The position numbers and the translations under genes are program-made. Source: a virus. Taken from it: DNA of 38,160 bases. Shown here one piece after another: positions 32,351-38,160 of the stretch. How positions within the stretch are numbered: the stretch's first letter is position 1; every line of letters begins with the position of its first letter. The stretch lies in UHGV virus genome UHGV-0137970; one strand, given 5' to 3'. The notes beneath the pieces were generated by a model. The model did no database searches, was not told the origin of the DNA, and saw only the letters and a program-made list of their open reading frames with translations.

Positions 32351-32450
32351 TATTTTTTATTCATACCTTTTCTTTCTCTGATAGTTCCAGCTATAAATCC
32401 TATAAAAAATCCTGCTATTACTGATACAAAAACAATTCCTGCTGTTGTCA
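32351..32450 (-). CDS. possible 33-aa single-TM peptide
   Basis: MTTAGIVFVSVIAGFFIGFIAGTIRERKGMNKK. Below ORF-track cutoff. Confidence 0.25.
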
Positions 32451-32451
32451 T

Positions 32452-32997
32452 TTATTTTCCCTCCAATATCCAATCTTTATTAATTCTAGTCATATTCTTT
32501 TGCCATTTCTTCCAGTAAGTATTAAGTAAATCTTCTTTTGTAAATCCTCTTTTATGAACTATTCTCAGATAATCATAGAAAGCTGTTAAATCACTTATAC
32601 CCCATAAATCATATTTAAAATCTCTAATTAAAGAATTTAAATCTTGGTTTATTTCATCATAATAATTTCGTTCAAAAAAATCTCTACAATAATTATTTTT
32701 GTAATTATTTATATCAACGAAATACCTATTAAAATACTGTAAAAAGAAGAATAAAACGTCTGTAAGTTCTTCAAGTTCTTTTTCTCTTGAGTATTCTTTC
32801 TGCTTCCAAGTTTTGAAATTACACTCATATGGTAACTCTCTTAGCCATTCTTGGAACTCATCATCTATTGCTAGTAGAATATCTAACAAACTTCTTTTTC
32901 TTGGTGCAAATCCATTACTTCTATTTTTTTCTATATTTTCATCTAAAACTCTTTGTAACTCTAATAAATCATTAAAGTTTGTTGGTTTGTTCATCAA
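32452..32997 (-). CDS. all-alpha NTP pyrophosphohydrolase (dimeric dUTPase / MazG-like, dUTPase_2-type)
   Basis: LDILLAIDDEFQEWLRELP...KTWK and EELTDVLFFFLQYF resemble the acidic helix motifs of the dUTPase_2/MazG superfamily. Confidence 0.45.
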   Translation of the reverse strand: MMNKPTNFNDLLELQRVLDENIEKNRSNGFAPRKRSLLDILLAIDDEFQEWLRELPYECNFKTWKQKEYSREKELEELTDVLFFFLQYFNRYFVDINNYKNNYCRDFFERNYYDEINQDLNSLIRDFKYDLWGISDLTAFYDYLRIVHKRGFTKEDLLNTYWKKWQKNMTRINKDWILEGK

Positions 32998-33245
32998 TCT
33001 ATCACCTCAAAATACACATCTTTTTTATCTTTTCTACAACTGCCACAACACTCTGGAATGATAGAGTTAATGACAAATTCATTACAAGGAACTTCAAATC
33101 CACTTTTAAATATATAACATTCTTCACAAGGATTATCTCCCCCCCCAGCTTTTTCTTCTACAACTTTAAGTCTATTTAATCCTAATCTAAATACTGCACC
33201 TACTTGTAGATTTAAAAAATCAATTTCTCTTTCATCTCTAGTCAT
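32994..33245 (-). CDS. zinc-ribbon small protein (83 aa)
   Basis: CEECYIFKSGFEVPCNEF...PECCGSCRK, two Cys pairs. Confidence 0.4.
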   Translation of the reverse strand: MTRDEREIDFLNLQVGAVFRLGLNRLKVVEEKAGGGDNPCEECYIFKSGFEVPCNEFVINSIIPECCGSCRKDKKDVYFEVID

Positions 33246-33254
33246 TTTTAACTC

Positions 33255-33479
33255 CTATGGTATATAATTAGTTTCTCTTTCTATCTGCTCATCAAGTCTA
33301 ATTCTTTTCTTTAATATCTGAATATATTTTCTCATTATTTCTTTTTGCTCTTTTAATAAGCTTTTTTGTTCAAAATGTAGTGTGTTGAATTTTGAAGTTC
33401 CTAAGAAATCTACCAATTTATCGTATCTTTCTTTTAACTCTTTAAACTCTATTTTCATTCTCTCTAAGTGTTGCCCCAT
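33255..33479 (-). CDS. hypothetical coiled-coil protein (74 aa)
   Basis: ORF. Heptad-rich. Confidence 0.35.
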   Translation of the reverse strand: MGQHLERMKIEFKELKERYDKLVDFLGTSKFNTLHFEQKSLLKEQKEIMRKYIQILKKRIRLDEQIERETNYIP

Positions 33480-33669
33480 TTTGTTCCACCTCTCTATTTT
33501 TTATGAATTTAACATCTTTAAAATATTTATTATGCCTTCTAGTGAAATCCATTAAATTAACAAGTCCTGTTTTTTCTTCTATTTCAACTACTTTACAACC
33601 TGCCATAAACATCGATTTAATTATCACTATCTTTTCTTTTACTAACTTTGATGTATCTTTAGCTCTCAT
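33442..33669 (-). CDS. small HTH-like DNA-binding protein (75 aa), first gene after the capsid terminator
   Basis: KEKIVIIKSMFMAGCKVVEIEEKTGL resembles IS-type/sigma region-4-like HTH. Confidence 0.4.
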   Translation of the reverse strand: MRAKDTSKLVKEKIVIIKSMFMAGCKVVEIEEKTGLVNLMDFTRRHNKYFKDVKFIKNREVEQNGATLRENENRV

Positions 33670-33682
33670 TTTTTAACCGCTC

Positions 33683-33717
33683 CTTTTAAAAAAATAGAGG
33701 GAATATTGTTCCCTCTA
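33683..33717 (-). terminator. strong rho-independent terminator after the major capsid gene (TAGAGGGAA-tattg-TTCCCTCTA + T7)
   Basis: Perfect 9-bp stem plus UUUUUUU on the minus strand. Confidence 0.65.
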
Positions 33718-33742
33718 TTCAGTTGTAATTTTAAATTGTATT

Positions 33743-34702
33743 CTATGCTTTTGCTGCTGCTGCTGCCTCTGGGTTATACTCGTAAACAAAAATACCGTCG
33801 TGGTCTACTACTCCAGAACCTGTCATAAACTTAGTTTTATATAAAACTTGGTCATCTTGAGGTAGTTCAACAACTTGTCCTTTGATTTGTTTAACTGCTC
33901 TATGTTTACCTACACAGTCTTTAATAACTACATAGATTCTTCCCTTAGTCCAAGGGTCTGCTTTCCCATAAAGAGCTTTATTTAATAACGGGAATACTTC
34001 TATTTTAGTTTGCGAGTTCCAATCTAATTTATCAAGAGTATTTCTCTCTAATAATTTTTTAGAGAAGTAATCAGATGATAGAATCTCTTTTTGAGAAATT
34101 ATATGCCCTTGTGCGTCTGTATCCATAAAGATTTTCATTTTAGCGCCAGTTGTTGAAGCTATTGTTGTAGCGTCTACAAGCATTTTTTTGAATTTTTCAA
34201 AGTCAAATGCGTCAGTAGATTTACCATATTTATTTGCGTCAGGTATTTTAATTTGGTTAGTTTCTCCATTGATTTCCATAGAGTAACCTGTATAAGCTTT
34301 TTCTAAAGCTTCCATAAATACTAAGTCATCTCTTAAAATCATAGCTGATGTTTGCTTTTTAACGATTGGTGAATCTACCGAAACATTTGTAACCCAGAAG
34401 TCATCTTCAAAGAAGTAGTTTTTTACTGAATAAGCACCAGTTTTTACATCTACTGCCCACACACTACCACCTTTTGACGCTGCTCTTGCTGCTTCTCCTC
34501 CTGTATTTGGCGATTGTGCATTTCTTCCACTTGCTGTTGCTACAGTGTCAGTCATGTTATAGTATCTGTGAGATTCACTTGCCTTTGTTCTTAATTGGCA
34601 GATATCATCAGTTCTTGAGGTATTATATTGCAATACTCCCTCTTTAATGGCACTGTCATAGCTATCTTGTATAGCCTGTTTTGTGTTTGTTCCGTCTGTC
34701 AT
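33743..34702 (-). CDS. major capsid protein (319 aa)
   Basis: Position after the scaffold and before a strong terminator. RBS GGGAGGGAAAATAAATG. Size typical of T7-type HK97-fold capsid proteins. Ala-rich C-terminus. Confidence 0.6.
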   Translation of the reverse strand: MTDGTNTKQAIQDSYDSAIKEGVLQYNTSRTDDICQLRTKASESHRYYNMTDTVATASGRNAQSPNTGGEAARAASKGGSVWAVDVKTGAYSVKNYFFEDDFWVTNVSVDSPIVKKQTSAMILRDDLVFMEALEKAYTGYSMEINGETNQIKIPDANKYGKSTDAFDFEKFKKMLVDATTIASTTGAKMKIFMDTDAQGHIISQKEILSSDYFSKKLLERNTLDKLDWNSQTKIEVFPLLNKALYGKADPWTKGRIYVVIKDCVGKHRAVKQIKGQVVELPQDDQVLYKTKFMTGSGVVDHDGIFVYEYNPEAAAAAKA

Positions 34703-34715
34703 TTATTTTCCCTCC

Positions 34716-35423
34716 TTATTGTCCAAAAAACACTTTAAAGTATTCTTCACCAGTCGCTAGTGCTTCTGATTTCATTCTTTTTCTTTTTTCTAAATCTCCA
34801 CTTTCCAAAGCGGCGTCATATTCTTGTTTCCATGCAATTTTATCTATTTGTCCATTACTAGAACCGCTACCAGCTCCACCAATAGATCCACTTGCATTTC
34901 CTCCCATTATCTTCTCAACAAGTATCTTTCTACCTGCTGCATTTTCAGCAAGTCTTGCGTATACTTCTTGTTCTTCTTGAGAAGCTGACGCTATAAAGTT
35001 ATTGATATTTGTATCTAAAGCTCTAAGCTCTGGTGACATTAAATCTCTTTGTGATTGTAAATAGTTCGCTCTTCCCTCTAGTGCCATTCTTGCATACTTT
35101 TCGGGAATCCCTGCGGCTTTTGCCTCTTTTGTAAAGCTCTCAACCTCGGCTGGATTCATAGCTTTAAAATCTTCCGCCTTAGTTGTATACTCTGCATTAG
35201 GGTCATTTATCATTCCTTTTAGGAAGTTTACCCCTTTTTCATCTTTTAAAAGTCCACTTATATATTCCTTTTGCCCTGCGTCCTCTATTGAATCTGCATA
35301 GCTTTTGATATACTCAGGAACTTCTATATCTGGCGTTGGGTCTCCTCCACCAGCTCCGCCGTCTCCGTTTCCAGTTTCAACATCGTATAGAACTTTAAGT
35401 TTTAAAAGTTCTTGTAGTTTCAT
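34716..35423 (-). CDS. scaffolding protein (235 aa, acidic, helical, Gly-rich linker)
   Basis: Portal-scaffold-capsid synteny. Composition typical of scaffolds. Confidence 0.5.
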   Translation of the reverse strand: MKLQELLKLKVLYDVETGNGDGGAGGGDPTPDIEVPEYIKSYADSIEDAGQKEYISGLLKDEKGVNFLKGMINDPNAEYTTKAEDFKAMNPAEVESFTKEAKAAGIPEKYARMALEGRANYLQSQRDLMSPELRALDTNINNFIASASQEEQEVYARLAENAAGRKILVEKIMGGNASGSIGGAGSGSSNGQIDKIAWKQEYDAALESGDLEKRKRMKSEALATGEEYFKVFFGQ

Positions 35424-35425
35424 TT

Positions 35426-35695
35426 TTATTCCTCCTCCCTATTTGCTTTTCTAGCATTGAGAATACTTTTTTTCCACTCTAAAAACTGCTTTCTTTCTTG
35501 AAATATGTAGTGTCTTAGAGTTTGAAGTCCTGCAACTTCTCTATATACAATAATCGCATTGCCTTGCTGTTCTTCTATACAAGCGGCGTCATTTAATCTT
35601 TTTTGAGTGTGTAGGTCTAATAGTTTTTTTAAATCATCACTTTCTGAAAACTTTTCTAAAAGTTCTAAATACTCATCTTCCTCATGTAGTGTCAT
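35426..35695 (-). CDS. hypothetical 89-aa protein between portal and scaffold
   Basis: ORF with start/stop overlaps on both sides. Confidence 0.4.
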   Translation of the reverse strand: MTLHEEDEYLELLEKFSESDDLKKLLDLHTQKRLNDAACIEEQQGNAIIVYREVAGLQTLRHYIFQERKQFLEWKKSILNARKANREEE

Positions 35696-37242
35696 TGTCC
35701 TATCACCCCTTTATTTTCAACTTGTGCTTGCATAGCAATATCTCCTTGCTCCTGCGACATTTGATTTATAGTCTGTTCTGTTTGTTTTTCAGTTTCTTCT
35801 CCTGATTTAAACTCTGCTGCTTTAACTCTAAATCTCTTTTGAGTAGCGTCAATAAACTCACTAGCATTGATATTATTAGCTGCAACCATTCCACCAAGTA
35901 CTGACGCAATAGTTTGGAAATACATATTTGCTCTCTCTTGGTCGTCTTGCTCTTGGGCAATAGTCAAAGCATTATAGAATCTTATTTTAACTCTAGGGTC
36001 ATTTTCCAAAACTGAAATTTGAGTAAGGTCAAAATAGTTCGCTTTTGTAAGACAATAGAATGTTTTCATAACTATTGGCTCTAGCATTTCCTTTTGCATT
36101 AGTGAATATGTAGGTTCTATTTGTTTTGCTAGCTCTGTCACTAAAACTTGGGTTGTTGTAGCTGTAACATTCTTTAACTGGTCCACACTTCCAATGTTTT
36201 CTATAAGACTGATGTAGAATATATCATTTAAAGTTGATTTGTACTCCTCCATCTCAAAGAACTTAATATCAGCATTTTCGCCCCTGTTAAAAGGTTCAAT
36301 ACGAGTCTGTCCACTATTTGTTCCAAGAATTGATATTTTACCTGGAGTATTTAGCCTTGACTGTGCTATATATTTAGGCTCTGATGTGTACGCCGCATAA
36401 CTTGGTGACGCTTGATGTTCTCCAATTTTTGCTATTCTTTTTTTAATCTTTTGGAGTTCTTCCAGCGTCAAGACTGCTTTTGTACAAGGTCCTATACCAT
36501 AAGGGCTATCACTCATAGCCTCAAATCTTGCTACAATCCAAGGGTTGTAGTCTGTTTCTTGGTAATAGATAACCTTGTCAAAGTTGTCATCTATTGTTAT
36601 AGCGTACAGAAAGCATTTCTTTTTATAGTCCCAGACTGTCGCCTCTGTTAAGCTAAACTCGTCTTGTTCTGTCAAAGCTTGTACAAACTCATCTTCTAAA
36701 ATGCTATATCCTAACATATCTATAAGCTCATGCTTTTTGACTTTATCCCTTTTATAGAAAACATCACCAGTTCTACCAGCTCTATTTTTAGCAAGATAAA
36801 TATTGAGAATTGGACAATGCTCAATTAGAACAGGGTTTCTTATCTGCCCTGTGTATCTCACTTTAAAGGCTGTTGTGCCTATAAGATAATCCCTAAGAAG
36901 CTTGATTTTTTCTAACTCAAAGTTAGATTCTTTTTGAATATGGTCGAATACAACCTCGGTAATATAGTCAAATTGGACTTTATCCTCTCTAGGTATATCT
37001 TCATACCTTGGCGTCTCAATGTACGCCCAGATATAGTTTGAGTTCATAATATACGATGATAGCTTATTAGCTAGCTTTGACGCATATTTTACCCCTGTCG
37101 AGTCTATCTCTTTTAGGCTTAAACCCTCAACTGTGAAATTCTCATAAGCTTTTTTATAGAGTGCTAAGATGTTTTGTCTTTCTAGCTTTGCCTCGCTAAA
37201 ACGCCATCTAAGGAGGTTTAAAGAATCATTTTCAATTTGCAT
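35692..37242 (-). CDS. portal (head-tail connector) protein, podovirus T7 gp8-like
   Basis: 516 aa. Q/M/G-rich C-terminal tail (INQMSQEQGDIAMQAQVENKGVIGQ) reminiscent of the T7 gp8 C-terminus. Synteny with scaffold and capsid. Confidence 0.6.
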   Translation of the reverse strand: MQIENDSLNLLRWRFSEAKLERQNILALYKKAYENFTVEGLSLKEIDSTGVKYASKLANKLSSYIMNSNYIWAYIETPRYEDIPREDKVQFDYITEVVFDHIQKESNFELEKIKLLRDYLIGTTAFKVRYTGQIRNPVLIEHCPILNIYLAKNRAGRTGDVFYKRDKVKKHELIDMLGYSILEDEFVQALTEQDEFSLTEATVWDYKKKCFLYAITIDDNFDKVIYYQETDYNPWIVARFEAMSDSPYGIGPCTKAVLTLEELQKIKKRIAKIGEHQASPSYAAYTSEPKYIAQSRLNTPGKISILGTNSGQTRIEPFNRGENADIKFFEMEEYKSTLNDIFYISLIENIGSVDQLKNVTATTTQVLVTELAKQIEPTYSLMQKEMLEPIVMKTFYCLTKANYFDLTQISVLENDPRVKIRFYNALTIAQEQDDQERANMYFQTIASVLGGMVAANNINASEFIDATQKRFRVKAAEFKSGEETEKQTEQTINQMSQEQGDIAMQAQVENKGVIGQ

Positions 37243-37252
37243 TTATACCCCC

Positions 37253-37492
37253 TTAACCTATCGTTTGTTTATCTTTTGCTGCTAAAAGTCCAAGGTTTCC
37301 CTGTCTCATACTCTCGTAAAAGCTTTGGGTTGTTTTTTGTTGCTTCTCTTTTTCTTTTTGCTGCTCTTTTTGCTGTGCTTCAATTTGCTTTTGCATTTCT
37401 CTTTCTTTTCTCTTAGCTTTCTTTTTTTGTCCTGATGTGTCAGTTCCAGCTATTGCGTCAAGGGTGTTTGTGAATATATTTGAACTTCCCAT
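37253..37492 (-). CDS. small Lys/Gln-rich basic protein (79 aa)
   Basis: ORF directly upstream of the portal. Confidence 0.35.
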   Translation of the reverse strand: MGSSNIFTNTLDAIAGTDTSGQKKKAKRKEREMQKQIEAQQKEQQKEKEKQQKTTQSFYESMRQGNLGLLAAKDKQTIG

Positions 37493-37495
37493 TTT

Positions 37496-37969
37496 TTATA
37501 ACTCCCCCTCCTCTCCTTTTTTCTCCCAGATAGTAACATCATATTTACTACCATCTAAGAGTTTTAAGGACTTTCTTTTTAAACCTATATACTTAAATTT
37601 GTACTTTTTAAAAGCTCTACAAGCTAGGCGATATGTTGGGGCTTGTGGTATCACTTCAAATTCAAAGTTTAGAAAACTACTGTCTAATAGCTCAAAGAAT
37701 AAGAATAAATCTTTTATAAAAGTTGGGCTGTTATCTTTGAAACAAACTATCTCAATGTTGATAATCTTGTCGTTTACAAGGTCTTGCAAATATCCCATTT
37801 CTCCAATAACTTCGTTGCCAACCTTTGAGAGAAACTCAACTTTATTGTAAACTGGATTATCTCTCATCTTTTTAGCTCCAGCGGCGAAAAACTTGTACCG
37901 CTCAGGGTTAGATTTAATTTTATCTTCAAGTATTTTATAAAAGTTTTCTCTTTTATCTTTTGTTAGCAT
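37496..37969 (-). CDS. hypothetical protein (157 aa from ATG at 37969)
   Basis: ORF. The ATG start is preferred over the TTG given in the ORF track. Confidence 0.4.
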   Translation of the reverse strand: MLTKDKRENFYKILEDKIKSNPERYKFFAAGAKKMRDNPVYNKVEFLSKVGNEVIGEMGYLQDLVNDKIINIEIVCFKDNSPTFIKDLFLFFELLDSSFLNFEFEVIPQAPTYRLACRAFKKYKFKYIGLKRKSLKLLDGSKYDVTIWEKKGEEGEL

Positions 37970-37978
37970 TTCAAGCAA

Positions 37979-38160
37979 TTACAACACCCCCTCTGATTTT
38001 AAGTGATTAAGCACCCTTTCATCACGTGCCACACTATCGCTGTTAGCTTTTTCAATAGCCTCTTCATCGGATTTGAACAGGTTATCACCGATTTTAAGGT
38101 CAACAATAATTTCATTGTCTCCCCCTGTTGTCTCCCATTCTTGGAGCTCTCCGATTCTTT
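37979..38160 (-). CDS. 3' end of a gene running in from beyond the window (C-terminal 60 codons)
   Basis: Only frame open across the whole segment. Ends ...VARDERVLNHLKSEGVL-TAA at 37979-37981. Confidence 0.35.
   Translation of the reverse strand, partial: RIGELQEWETTGGDNEIIVDLKIGDNLFKSDEEAIEKANSDSVARDERVLNHLKSEGVL

Noticed and set aside
1-38160. Searched for integrase/recombinase, tRNA or rRNA genes and attachment-site direct repeats
   Set aside because: No tyrosine or serine recombinase signature (e.g. R..H..Y motifs or N-terminal catalytic Ser box) in any ORF. No tRNA-like cloverleaf noticed. So no integration module is reported in this window.

Overview
AT-rich window (~28-30% GC) that reads as a nearly complete podovirus-like phage-plasmid rather than ordinary chromosome. 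Apart from two possible ~40-50 aa early ORFs, all proposed plus-strand genes lie between 4.5 and 12.5 kb; most of the rest of the window is minus-strand. Main modules, left to right: (1) a partial terS with one upstream gene (1-1329, -); (2) a promoter-rich block plus a cluster of GC-stem hairpins with no coding capacity (1580-2219); (3) an HTH protein gene (2216-2467) and a self-contained three-gene 'moron' with an AbrB/MazE-fold protein (2611-3490, -); (4) a CI-like repressor with a downstream membrane protein, and divergent sigma70-like promoters (3550-4545); (5) a rightward early operon of small genes including a J-domain protein, a Rad52-like (DUF1071/Sak-type) single-strand annealing protein, and repeated GC-stem hairpins just upstream of almost every RBS (4546-8757); (6) an iteron-type origin with a candidate small RNA, followed by a translationally coupled repB(Rep_3)-orf-parA-parB-like operon (8760-12530); (7) a minus-strand lysis cassette with a GH24 lysozyme plus holin/spanin-like membrane proteins (12529-15141); (8) a tail-fibre gene lying tail-to-tail with a start-less, diverged copy of its own C-terminal domain, flanked by a split inverted repeat (16478-18238), which is a candidate invertible or alternative host-range cassette; (9) terL, then a T7-supergroup-like virion module (gp16/15/14-like internal proteins, tail tubular A/B-like), a block of small genes (Cys-rich paralogues, dUTPase_2/MazG-like), major capsid, scaffold and portal (18257-37242). 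No integrase, tRNA, rRNA or CRISPR array was seen. An 18-bp perfect GC-rich palindrome (TTTCGAGAGCTCTCGAAA) occurs three times, two of them inside coding sequences in different frames, and three half-copies sit in early-operon hairpins. All functional calls are from motif-level reading of the translations and are not database-verified.
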